Part shown: piece by piece, positions 1-8,465 of the stretch | Position numbering within the stretch: the first letter of the stretch is position 1 | Layout of the letters: each line of letters opens with the position of its first letter | NCBI GenBank assembly: GCA_039091855.1 | Contig: JAWCLA010000006.1 | Span: 1-28,637 of the forward strand | From: Candidatus Aenigmatarchaeota archaeon | Lineage (GTDB): Archaea; Aenigmatarchaeota; Aenigmatarchaeia; QMZP01 | Length of the DNA stretch: 28,637 bases | Reading direction: 5' to 3' | Notes under the pieces: model-generated | Databases searched by the model: none | Told to the model about the DNA's origin: nothing | Seen by the model: only the letters and a program-made list of their open reading frames with translations | Translations under genes and position numbers: made by a program

Positions 1-1
1 C

Positions 2-922
2 ATAGTTATACGCCCAATCCTGTGGGTGTCCTATCTCAGCAAAGCCTGTTGCAGTTCTCGCTACATATGTAGATGGGTTAAAAACACCAAAACTGAATAA
101 AAATATAAAGCTAAATAGAATGAATATAATGAGAGGTAATGTTAATATCCCCATCGCTGCCCTGAATCCTGATATCTCTTGGAGCTTTGAAACCCCCTTT
201 ATTGCAATTATTAGCGACCATAAGATAGGTATTAAAAATAGCGAAATGGCAAAAAGGATATATTCTGGCGATGAAAATAAAACAAAAACCCAAAGCATAA
301 GAAAAACTCCAAAAAGTATTGAAGGCGCTGTTGAGTACATAAGGGCCTTGTATGTCTGGTGAAAGCCCTTCCTTCCGCCAAAGATATAAACAAAAATGTG
401 GATTAATCCTGCCCCTAAAATTGTTGCAATGAAAGCGAACCCGTATGTAATCAAAATGTTTAGTGGGTCTAGAATGTTAACCATTGAAATAAAAACCATA
501 AGCTGGAATAGCTGACTGAAAAGTTCGCTCTTTATGAGGTTGTCTATAACATTTGCGGCAAAAAACAATACAGAAATTGTGATAACAATATTTATGAAAT
601 AAATCACGCCAAAGAAAGCCAAACTTCCCCTAAATCCTTCCTCGCTCTTTATCGCATCGAAAAGTCTTCCCGGATGGAAAAGTGAGTTTTTAAACTTCCA
701 GAAAAATCCAGGCTTTTGAGGAACATCCTTAACAGGATATGCCTGTGGTGGAGGGGTTGGCTCAGTCGTACCGTAAATCTCGTTTGCAACCTCATAGAAT
801 GCCTGGTCTATTTCCTCCTTGTACCATCCCGCTTCCAGAAGAGCGTTATAAATCTCTGGCTTCCTGAATCCTGCGTTCATCTGCTCCCTTATGTAGCGGA
901 GCACTCTCGGGTCAGAGGCCAT
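2..922 (-). CDS. Yip1-domain multi-pass membrane protein, 3' end runs off the window; pilin-like GVFNP segment at the C-terminal side
   Basis: Not in the ORF track because it has no stop inside the window. Manual translation from ATG 922 gives MASDPRVLRYIREQMNAGFRKPEIYNALLEAGWYKEEIDQAF...SLFHPGRLFDAIKSEEG...LIHIFVYIFGGRKGFHQTYKALMYSTAPSIL...IKGVSKLQEISGFRAAM...FGVFNPSTYVARTATGF, open to the edge. Motifs are typical of Yip1. Confidence 0.8.
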   Translation of the reverse strand, partial: MASDPRVLRYIREQMNAGFRKPEIYNALLEAGWYKEEIDQAFYEVANEIYGTTEPTPPPQAYPVKDVPQKPGFFWKFKNSLFHPGRLFDAIKSEEGFRGSLAFFGVIYFINIVITISVLFFAANVIDNLIKSELFSQLFQLMVFISMVNILDPLNILITYGFAFIATILGAGLIHIFVYIFGGRKGFHQTYKALMYSTAPSILFGVFLMLWVFVLFSSPEYILFAISLFLIPILWSLIIAIKGVSKLQEISGFRAAMGILTLPLIIFILFSFIFLFSFGVFNPSTYVARTATGFAEIGHPQDWAYNY

Positions 923-955
923 AAGTAATATTTGTTTGCGCCTTCTAATAAATCA

Positions 956-1489
956 CTAAAAACTTATCTTCTCAGCCTTTATGCCTGCCTTTGAGATGAG
1001 CTTGTTGATAGAAGCCCTCAACCAATACGTGTATTTTTCAGGGTTTTTTTCAATGTCATTTTTAAGGGCTTGAAGAGAAACCCATTTCCAACTTTCCGCC
1101 TCTTTTGGGTTTGGCTTCGGCTCCCCATCAAACCTTCCGACAAAAACGTGGTCATACTCGTTCTCGTAAAGCCCGTTTCCAAATTTCACTTTGTAAACAA
1201 AGCTGAAAATCTCTTTGAGCGGGACATCAAACCCCATCTCTTCTTTTAGCCTCCTGTGAACAGCCTCATCAAGCTTCTCTCCTGCTCTGGGGTGGCTGCA
1301 ACACGTGTTTGTCCAAAGCCCGCCTGAATGATACTTTTCCCTTGACCTTTTCTGCAAGAGAAGCTGTCCCCTTGAATTGAAAATGAATATGGAAAAAGCC
1401 CTGTGGAGCTTTCCCGACCTGTGTACCTCCATCTTTTCTCCTGTGCCTGTTTCCCTGTCATTTTTGTCAACGAGTATTATTTTCTCCAT
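956..1489 (-). CDS. idi: Isopentenyl-diphosphate delta-isomerase, type 1 (Nudix fold)
   Basis: LHRAFSIFIF, LLLQKR, WTNTCCSHP, RRLKEEMG, ENEYDHVF and YTYW motifs. Start moved to the ATG at 1489 (MEKIILVD). Confidence 0.95.
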   Translation of the reverse strand: MEKIILVDKNDRETGTGEKMEVHRSGKLHRAFSIFIFNSRGQLLLQKRSREKYHSGGLWTNTCCSHPRAGEKLDEAVHRRLKEEMGFDVPLKEIFSFVYKVKFGNGLYENEYDHVFVGRFDGEPKPNPKEAESWKWVSLQALKNDIEKNPEKYTYWLRASINKLISKAGIKAEKISF

Positions 1490-1569
1490 AGGCTTCACTT
1501 GTTTTGATAAACTTTAAATATCTTTTAATTATTATTTAATCAGTTTGATAAAAACATTAGTGAGGTTTC

Positions 1570-2934
1570 ATGAAAAGGTTCCTTGTGTTCGCTGCTGTTT
1601 TGTCGTTTTTTGCTATTTATGCCTTTTCTGTCTGTGCCTCTCCGGTTGAGGTGAGCGTAGAACCGAAAGAGCAGGAAGGACAGCTTTATTCAATTTCAAA
1701 GTTCAGGCTTACAATATGGAACAACCAGAACTTTCATGACAGCTTCCAGATTGTGTTCTCAGGGCCTCACTTGGAATGGCTTATGCCTAGCAGGATAGCT
1801 CAGGGCGTTGACGCAAACTCCTACGAGGAAAATGAGGTTGTTTTTTACCCAACAGGTGCCAACAAGGGAAAATTCGAGTTTACTGTTTCTGTAAACTCGC
1901 TAAAAAACCCTAATGTAAAGGCATCTGAAAGCTTTGTTTTGGATATACCCTATGATGTAAGCTTAAAGTCTTTGACAGCAGAGGCATCAGGGAATTCAAT
2001 AAATTTTGTTTTGAAGGTTAAATCTCCTGAGGAAAAAACTGTCAAGGGTGTTTTCAGCTTAAAGGACGCCTCTGGTAAATCTTTGGGAAGCGTGTCATTC
2101 GAGGAAAAAATCAGCGGCGATGGAACAATAACAAGGATCTTGAGCCTTGGGGAAATACTTTCTGCAGGAACTTACACAGCAGAAGCGGAAACGGATGAAG
2201 GAATGAGAATTTACTCCCAGCTCAGCGTAAGCCCTGTGAGAAACATGATTCAGACCGTGGAGGAAACTTCAGGTCTGCTTGTGAAAGAGGTTAAGATATC
2301 GATATACAATGCTGGTAATGTGTTGGAAAGAAACTATCCTGTACAGCACGAGATGCCTATTGACTTTATGACAGGTCTTATGACAAAGCCTGACGATAAC
2401 TGCAGGGAGGAATCAGGTAAGATGATATGCAATTACATCGTGAGTGAAATAAAGCCAGGGTCAACAGCGCAGGTAACATACACTGTAAACCAGTGGCCAG
2501 CACTAAACGGATATATTATACTAACGATAATCGTGATTTCTCTTGTTTTGTACTCTTTCCTGAGGGTGACAACGCCACAAATAATAAAAAGGCACTCAAA
2601 AAGAGATGAAAAATACAACATTTCTATACACATAAGGAATCCCTTCTTCCGAACTTTGAAGGACGTCATTGTAAAGGACAGGGTCTCTCCTCTTGTGCAG
2701 GTGCTTCACGAGGAAATAGAGTCAACCCCTCCTGTCATAAGGAAGGCTGAGGAGGGAACTGAGCTTATATGGAAGATCGGTGAAATGAAGCCAAGGGAGG
2801 AGAGAATCCTTCAGTACAAGGTAAAGCCACTTGTCCACGGTCACCTGAAAATGCCAAAGGCTCACCTGAAATTCTCCTCAGGAAAGGATGAGAAAAAACT
2901 CAGGGTGTTCTCAAACGCAATAACGCTTGAATGA
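1570..2934 (+). CDS. Membrane-anchored surface protein (signal peptide, Ig-like beta domains, one TM helix, C-terminal DUF11/adaptin-like beta domain)
   Basis: 454-aa ORF with GAGGT SD-like site, N-terminal hydrophobic signal, TM GYIILTIIVISLVLYSFL, and DVIVKDRVSP...ELIWKIGEMKPREERILQYKV. Confidence 0.75.
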   Translation: MKRFLVFAAVLSFFAIYAFSVCASPVEVSVEPKEQEGQLYSISKFRLTIWNNQNFHDSFQIVFSGPHLEWLMPSRIAQGVDANSYEENEVVFYPTGANKGKFEFTVSVNSLKNPNVKASESFVLDIPYDVSLKSLTAEASGNSINFVLKVKSPEEKTVKGVFSLKDASGKSLGSVSFEEKISGDGTITRILSLGEILSAGTYTAEAETDEGMRIYSQLSVSPVRNMIQTVEETSGLLVKEVKISIYNAGNVLERNYPVQHEMPIDFMTGLMTKPDDNCREESGKMICNYIVSEIKPGSTAQVTYTVNQWPALNGYIILTIIVISLVLYSFLRVTTPQIIKRHSKRDEKYNISIHIRNPFFRTLKDVIVKDRVSPLVQVLHEEIESTPPVIRKAEEGTELIWKIGEMKPREERILQYKVKPLVHGHLKMPKAHLKFSSGKDEKKLRVFSNAITLE

Positions 2935-2939
2935 TGTAA

Positions 2940-3068
2940 TTAGTAAAACTTCCAGAGAGGGTTCCTGTTTTTCCTTCTCAGAATTTCATTTTTAATAGAG
3001 CAAAAAATCCTTTTCAGCCTCCTGAAAAATCTTCCGATTACAACCTGCTCAACTGGTTTTTCCTCCAT
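2940..3068 (-). CDS. Small basic hypothetical protein (42 aa)
   Basis: Manual translation MEEKPVEQVVIGRFFRRLKRIFCSIKNEILRRKNRNPLWKFY*. It fills the gap between the 2934 stop and the tRNA terminator and is below the ORF-track cutoff. Confidence 0.5.
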   Translation of the reverse strand: MEEKPVEQVVIGRFFRRLKRIFCSIKNEILRRKNRNPLWKFY

Positions 3069-3085
3069 AATATTAATGTGAAACC

Positions 3086-3100
3086 CAAAAAAATTAAAAA
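3086..3100 (-). terminator. Oligo-T archaeal terminator after tRNA-Tyr
   Basis: TTTTTAATTTTTTTG directly follows the discriminator base on the minus strand. Confidence 0.6.
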
Positions 3101-3322
3101 TCCCGCGAGGGAGATTCCCAGCGCACAGTTAACCACTTTAATGGTTAATTGTGATTACCCCTTTCCTTGGATAATGCCTACACCTTCTTTCGGGAAAGAA
3201 AAGGGTTGGCTCTTGAACTCCCAACCCCACGGTTGCTGCGAGCACTTGCTTCTGGTTCTCGCGCGGATATTTGTCCGAGCGTGAGCCTACAGCCGTGTGC
3301 TCTGCCATTGAGCTATCGCGGG
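3101..3322 (-). tRNA. tRNA-Tyr(GUA) with two BHB introns (37/38, 53 nt; 59/60, 97 nt)
   Basis: Exons 3322-3287, 3233-3212 and 3114-3101 join to CCCGCGATAGCTCAATGGCAGAGCACACGGCTGTAG|ACCGTGGGGTTGGGAGTTCAAG|TCTCCCTCGCGGGA, a full cloverleaf with the C1:G72/A73 Tyr identity elements. BHB central helices are CTGT/GCAG and TTCA/TGGG with 3-nt bulges. CCA is not encoded. Confidence 0.93.
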
Positions 3323-3390
3323 ATATTAAAGGATTATTCATTCGGTTTTTTAAATAGGATTCATTTATAAGCGGCGGATAATATATTTAT

Positions 3391-3663
3391 ATGAAGGAAC
3401 TCAAATCAATAGACCCTCTGTCCCTTGGGAAGATAGTGGCAATAGTAAATGCTGTTATGGGATTCTTGGTAGGACTTTGCGTTACAGTATTTTCACCATT
3501 TATGTATATATGGGGCCCTTTGGGTGCAGCTGCTCTTGGACTTCTCGCAATTATAGTGTTTCCCATATTATTCGCAATAATAGGATTCATAACAGGGATA
3601 ATAGTTGCGTTTGTCTATAATGTGGTTGCCAAGAGGTTCGGTGGGGTAATGCTGGATTTGTAG
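3391..3663 (+). CDS. Small two-TM membrane protein (DUF3566-like)
   Basis: KELKSIDPLSLGKI...GFITGIIVAFVYNVVAKRFGGV motif. TATA-like TTTATAA lies about 25 nt upstream, suggesting a leaderless mRNA. Confidence 0.75.
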   Translation: MKELKSIDPLSLGKIVAIVNAVMGFLVGLCVTVFSPFMYIWGPLGAAALGLLAIIVFPILFAIIGFITGIIVAFVYNVVAKRFGGVMLDL

Positions 3664-3674
3664 AATTGGTTGTT

Positions 3675-4100
3675 TTAAGCAACATCCAACATCTTCCTGA
3701 AAAGCATTGACATTGGAAGGACAACTATTATATACCACCACAGCCAGCCAAGCTCATAGCCAAGAAACGGTATTGGGATTGGTGAAATTATCTTTACACC
3801 AGCGTAACTTGTGTTGAGCCAGCCGAGAGCAATGAGAAAAACAAAGAAAGAAACCATCATTGGCCTAAGGTTGTGCCTGAACTGTCTCTGGCTTGCCTTC
3901 AGCATCTCGCTTGTGTATTCATTGGCTTTTTTAATGTCGCCTGACTTTTGGGCCTTCATTGCCTTCTCCCTGTAAAACTCCATCTCCTTCCTTGCTTTCT
4001 TTATTTCCTGCTGGTTTCCAAGGAATTTTGAAATCAGTACTGTCAGCACTGAAAGCCCGACAGCCCAGATGAATATCTCCTGATATGGAAGCAGCTGCAT
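3675..4100 (-). CDS. EMC3/TMCO1 (DUF106, Oxa1 superfamily) membrane insertase
   Basis: TM, coiled coil, LRPMMVSF and GWLWWYI...RKML pattern. Conserved position after secY. Start set at ATG 4100. Confidence 0.88.
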   Translation of the reverse strand: MQLLPYQEIFIWAVGLSVLTVLISKFLGNQQEIKKARKEMEFYREKAMKAQKSGDIKKANEYTSEMLKASQRQFRHNLRPMMVSFFVFLIALGWLNTSYAGVKIISPIPIPFLGYELGWLWWYIIVVLPMSMLFRKMLDVA

Positions 4101-4104
4101 TTTT

Positions 4105-5655
4105 TCACTCCTTTTCTCCAAACAGTTTTCTGATGGCAGGGTGCATATCCTCCATATGCTGAGCAGCTATTTGTTCGTACATATTGTAAATTATAAGGGT
4201 TGCAAGAAGTATTCCTGTTCCCGTGCCCAATGCGTTTGTGAAATCTGCGAATGCTGCCAGCATTCCCACAGCCATACCTCCCAAAACAGCAAGGGGCATT
4301 ATGTATCTTGAGAGGACGCTCTCTATTATTCGGACATCCCTCCTATATCCTGGTATCTGCATTCCTATTGAGTGTATCTGCTCTGAAACAGAGCGGGCAT
4401 CCATCCCCGCTGTTGTTACCCAGAAAACTGAAAATATTATTGCCCCCGTCACGAGGAAGAGAAGGTATGTGAACATCCTTGTTAAGTCTGAAAGCGGGAC
4501 ATTAACAAGCCCTGAAAGGCCAAAAGAGGTGGCAAAGGCGTACCAGACAAATATCCCCAATATTCCGAAGGTAAAGGTAATGGGAATTGGTTTTTTCTTT
4601 GAAAAATAGGCAATTATCACCCCAATAAGTGCAAATGTTCCCATAAAAATCATATACCCTGCAAGTGCCTGGCTGTTTGGAACAGTGAGGTAAAACAAAA
4701 TCCCTCCTGTCACCTGTCCTTGGCTGTCAAACTGGGCAATCCAGGGAGCGGTTGCAGACAATGACCTGCCTATAAGCTGTATGTTGGCAAGCAGGGCAGC
4801 AGTAAGGATAACTGGTATGTTTGACGTGTAGAAGAATTTCAGTGGCCATCTTCTGCCGAATCCCCTTATTGAGCCAAAGGCAAGCGGGATCTCAACCTTT
4901 ATCGCGTTTGCATAAATCACTATGAAGAAAACAAGTATGGTTGCCATCAAAGGCAAAAGGGAAAGGAAAGCTCCCATAGGCTCTCCTGCAAGAAGCGCTG
5001 TTATTGCAAAAGGTATTATCCCTGCTGGCGGGTTTCCAGGGCTTGGGAAAGCTCCAGACTGGGTAAGCGGGTTGAATGCCCTTACTATTATTGTTTTTGA
5101 AACACCCGCAACTATGAACAAGCTCACGCCTGAGCCAAAACCCCACTTTGATACGAGCTCGTCCATAAATATCACGAGAATTCCTCCCATAGCGAGCTGA
5201 AGAATAACTAAATGCTCAAGTCCTGTCTGTGCTGGTATTGCCCCAAGCATCACGTAAATCCCTGCCTCAAGGAAAGAGAAGACTATCGCAAGGAACTTCT
5301 GCGTTCCCTGAAAGAGAATCTTTCCCCTCTCTGTCCGAAGGTCCCAGTTTATAACCTTTGAGCCGACAAGAAGCTGTAGTATTATTGAGGCTGTAACGAT
5401 TGGTCCTATTCCGAGGGTCATTACGGAGCCAAAGCTAGAGCCGAGCAGTATTTCCAAGAATCTCAGGTTCTCGAAGTTTGCCTGTGCTATACCATAAACA
5501 GTGATTTGAGCCAGCATAAAGTAGAGAAGAAGCGTGAGTGCTGTCCACTTTAGCTTCTGCCTGAATGTTAGCCTCTGAAGCGGACCTGCAACACCAGGTA
5601 TCCTCTTCAGGAATCCTATGTAACCCTCTCCGCCAAACATCATCCCACTTGCCAA
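4105..5655 (-). CDS. secY: Preprotein translocase subunit SecY (Sec61 alpha)
   Basis: KLKWT, LGIGPIVTASIILQLL, DELVSKWGFGSGVSLFI, PLKFFYTSNIPVIL, GMQIPGYR and GTGILL motifs. The start may be ATG 5643/5640. Confidence 0.97.
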   Translation of the reverse strand: MASGMMFGGEGYIGFLKRIPGVAGPLQRLTFRQKLKWTALTLLLYFMLAQITVYGIAQANFENLRFLEILLGSSFGSVMTLGIGPIVTASIILQLLVGSKVINWDLRTERGKILFQGTQKFLAIVFSFLEAGIYVMLGAIPAQTGLEHLVILQLAMGGILVIFMDELVSKWGFGSGVSLFIVAGVSKTIIVRAFNPLTQSGAFPSPGNPPAGIIPFAITALLAGEPMGAFLSLLPLMATILVFFIVIYANAIKVEIPLAFGSIRGFGRRWPLKFFYTSNIPVILTAALLANIQLIGRSLSATAPWIAQFDSQGQVTGGILFYLTVPNSQALAGYMIFMGTFALIGVIIAYFSKKKPIPITFTFGILGIFVWYAFATSFGLSGLVNVPLSDLTRMFTYLLFLVTGAIIFSVFWVTTAGMDARSVSEQIHSIGMQIPGYRRDVRIIESVLSRYIMPLAVLGGMAVGMLAAFADFTNALGTGTGILLATLIIYNMYEQIAAQHMEDMHPAIRKLFGEKE

Positions 5656-5691
5656 ATATTAAAACACCCTATTTAAATTGGTTGCGCTGAA

Positions 5692-6699
5692 TCAATTTTC
5701 CTGGCTGCTCACTGTCCTTATTCTCGGAAAAACCTTTACGTGATAGCCTTCGGAAACCTTTCTAATGAACTCTTCCATCTGCTTTTTGTAGAAATCGTCA
5801 AGCTCTGAAAGCCTTTTCGATTCTCCGGACTGAAAAATCCAAGGGTCTATGTGCCTTGGCTTTGTCTTAACGAAAAAATCAAAGTCTTTTGGAGAGTTTA
5901 TGGCAAAGAACTCGGGGTTAAGAAGTTCCAACTTGGATGTTATGCTCGGGTTTCCTGAAACCTTCAGCTTCCTGTAAACATCCTGATCAGTGAGAAGAAA
6001 GTCCTTTTCTGTTATCACCCCTGACTCGAGCCCTGATTTTATCGCGTCGGCAAGAATCTGGTACGAGGCGGCTTGTGTTGGGCTCGACCAAAACCTTTTT
6101 GAGCATTCCATATAGGCAAGTGCCATCTTCTTTCCAATTTCAAGGTTGTCTACTGCTATTTTGCCTTCACTAACTACCAAGTGGTTCATAAATGCAGATA
6201 TCTCGTCCCTTTCACATATCCCGAGAAGCACGCTGTCCCTGAAGAAGTAGTCAAGCCTGTCCGCGCAAAGGTCAGGGGAAGGCCTTTCGAGGAGGGAAAA
6301 ATTCTCTATCTTCAGGAAAATGTTTGGCTCTATGCCGTTTTCCTGCGCTATCTTTGGTATCTTTGAGTTCGTAAAAATCTGCTGGAAAAGAGACTGGTGA
6401 TGCTCCTGCCTGTCGCTCTGTCCATAAACGTAGTCAAGGACGTGGGAAAAGGCGGTGTGGGAGATGTCGTGTATGAGTCCCGCTGCCTGCTCCTCAATCG
6501 AGGCTCCAAGTTTTTTAAGAAGAAAGCACACTCCAAGGGAGTGCTCAAACCTGCTTGACCTCATCTTCGGAAGTATGAACTGCCAGCTTCCGTACTGGTT
6601 TACTCCCTTGAGCCTCTGGAGAGGCTGCGTCATTATTATTTCAAGAAGAATTGGCTCTGATATCTCTATTTCTCCATAGGCAGGGTCAGGGAATCTCAT
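5692..6699 (-). CDS. HD-domain phosphohydrolase (SAMHD1/dNTP triphosphohydrolase-like)
   Basis: DPAYG, LQRLKGVNQ, RFEHSLGV, LIHDISHTAFSH and ADRLDY motifs. Confidence 0.88.
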   Translation of the reverse strand: MRFPDPAYGEIEISEPILLEIIMTQPLQRLKGVNQYGSWQFILPKMRSSRFEHSLGVCFLLKKLGASIEEQAAGLIHDISHTAFSHVLDYVYGQSDRQEHHQSLFQQIFTNSKIPKIAQENGIEPNIFLKIENFSLLERPSPDLCADRLDYFFRDSVLLGICERDEISAFMNHLVVSEGKIAVDNLEIGKKMALAYMECSKRFWSSPTQAASYQILADAIKSGLESGVITEKDFLLTDQDVYRKLKVSGNPSITSKLELLNPEFFAINSPKDFDFFVKTKPRHIDPWIFQSGESKRLSELDDFYKKQMEEFIRKVSEGYHVKVFPRIRTVSSQEN

Positions 6700-6806
6700 A
6701 AAAATTAAATGTAAAACAGAGGTTAAAAAACAATTGCTCGTTTATTGCCTGTCCGCCTGCCAACCAGTCCACATTTCTTTTAAATGTAAACATTCACAAA
6801 AGAAAA

Positions 6807-7208
6807 CTATTCATTTAGTATAGCTTTGCCGCCCGCTGCCTCTATCTTTTCCTTTGCCTTTTCGGAAAATGAGTTTGCTTTCACAATGACTGGCTTGCTT
6901 ACAACCCCTTTTCCGAGAACCTTTTGGTAGCCAAATTCGGAAGCGTCTATCTCGCTCTTGTCAGCAAGCCTTATAAGGTCGCCTATGTTTATTGCCCTCT
7001 CTTCTGGAACTATCTTTCTTTCCTTGAGGGACTTGAACCTCGGCTCCTTTTCATAGCCCCATCTCTTGAAAAAGGTTTTCTTGTGCTTGAACCTTCCTGA
7101 CTTTCCCCTTCCTCCCTTTGAGCCTCCTCCCCTGTGCTTCTTCTTTGAGCCGTAGCCGTGGGTCTTGCTTCCTCGCATCTTAATGACTTTTTTTCGTTTT
7201 TTTGCCAT
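6807..7208 (-). CDS. rpl15p: 50S ribosomal protein uL15
   Basis: RGSKTHGYG..KKHRGGGSKGGRG, KVLGKG and FSEKAKEKIEAAGG motifs. Confidence 0.96.
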   Translation of the reverse strand: MAKKRKKVIKMRGSKTHGYGSKKKHRGGGSKGGRGKSGRFKHKKTFFKRWGYEKEPRFKSLKERKIVPEERAINIGDLIRLADKSEIDASEFGYQKVLGKGVVSKPVIVKANSFSEKAKEKIEAAGGKAILNE

Positions 7209-7756
7209 TAAATCATCCTCTTCAGCAACTCGTTAATTTTTTCTCCCCTGTATCCAAGGGAACCCTTAGGGTAAAGGGTTTTTGTTGATTCGTAACCTTT
7301 TGAAGGCGGCGAAAGCCTGAACACGGGCTTTATCCCAAGTTCGGATAGCTTTTTGCCCGAAAGTATTAGTTCTGCGAGCTCCTTTACATAGTTTTGGTCG
7401 GTTATCCTCCTATCCCCTGCAAACCTGCCCCTTTTAGCTATCATTTTTTCAAGCGTTTCCCTTTCTATTTCTCCCCATGTTATGTAGTGCTGGACTTTTT
7501 TGAGCATTCCCTCAAAATTGCTGTTCTTCGGAACAAGAACGCAGTGGTTAACCCTGTCAAGCCTTAGCATAAGAAGGGTGTCTGCTATTTCCTTTCTGAC
7601 ATTGACGCATCCCCTGACCCTTACCACAGCGAGAATTTTGGCTTGCTGCTCTTTTTTTTCCTGTATTGACTTTGTTTTGGAAGGTCTTTCCCTTGTTTTC
7701 TTGTTTGAATCCGATGCCAATGCTTTCTTTCTCTTAGTTCTGGGCTTTTCTTCCAT
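7208..7756 (-). CDS. rpl30p: 50S ribosomal protein uL30 with a roughly 35-aa charged N-terminal extension
   Basis: [40 protein letters not shown] and [24 protein letters not shown] precedes ATG 7756. Confidence 0.95.
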   Translation of the reverse strand: MEEKPRTKRKKALASDSNKKTRERPSKTKSIQEKKEQQAKILAVVRVRGCVNVRKEIADTLLMLRLDRVNHCVLVPKNSNFEGMLKKVQHYITWGEIERETLEKMIAKRGRFAGDRRITDQNYVKELAELILSGKKLSELGIKPVFRLSPPSKGYESTKTLYPKGSLGYRGEKINELLKRMI

Positions 7757-7757
7757 A

Positions 7758-8462
7758 TCAAAGCTCACCCTTTGTCTTGTTTAGATTTTTCAGGGCATTA
7801 AAAACAGCATAAGCCATATTTTGCCTTGTTGCGCTCTGTCCACGGGTTTTTACCCATATGTCCTTTATGCCTGCAAGGGAAAGCATCGTTTTTACTGTCG
7901 GGTTTGCAACAGTGCCCGTGCCCTTTGGTGCAGGAAGAAGCTTAACATAAACAGAACCGTATTTTCCCTCTGTTTTGAAAGGTATCGAGTGTTCCCCACC
8001 GCAACCACATTCCCATGAGCCGCAACCCCTTCTTACCCTTATCACGTTAATCTTTGCCTGCTCGGATGCCTTTTCTATCGCTATCCTGTGCTCCCTTGAT
8101 GATGCCTTTCCTATGCCAAGAATGCCGTTTTCGTTACCCACTACTATTAGGGCTGTAAGCTTGAATCTTCTACCTGACTTGTGCATTCTTGCAGTGCGCT
8201 TTGTTGCTGTTCTCTTTATTCCACCACCCTTTCCAGGGCTTCCTCCTATGTATATTATTTCCTCCTTCAGGTCAGGAACGAGATGGTCAACTATACCACC
8301 TTCCAGTATAATTTCCCCGCTTTTCAGGACATCTTCAATTGTTTCAAACTCGCCTTTCAGGACTCTTTGTCCCAGCTTTGTTTTTGGTATCCAAGGTTTT
8401 CCCTTCTCAGGTTTCTCTATGACCTCCTCCACAATCTCTTCTGCAAGGTTTTCGTCTTCCAT
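7758..8462 (-). CDS. rps5p: 30S ribosomal protein uS5
   Basis: [40 protein letters not shown] and LLPAPKGTG motifs. Confidence 0.97.
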   Translation of the reverse strand: MEDENLAEEIVEEVIEKPEKGKPWIPKTKLGQRVLKGEFETIEDVLKSGEIILEGGIVDHLVPDLKEEIIYIGGSPGKGGGIKRTATKRTARMHKSGRRFKLTALIVVGNENGILGIGKASSREHRIAIEKASEQAKINVIRVRRGCGSWECGCGGEHSIPFKTEGKYGSVYVKLLPAPKGTGTVANPTVKTMLSLAGIKDIWVKTRGQSATRQNMAYAVFNALKNLNKTKGEL

Positions 8463-8465
8463 CAA

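Noticed and set aside
120-928. ORFs 111-293, 120-362 and 716-928
   Set aside because: They are shadows of the long minus-strand Yip1 gene that runs off the window.
3078-3370. Three short ORFs (3078-3284 +, 3138-3341 -, 3167-3370 +)
   Set aside because: They overlap the intron-containing tRNA-Tyr, which explains the region.
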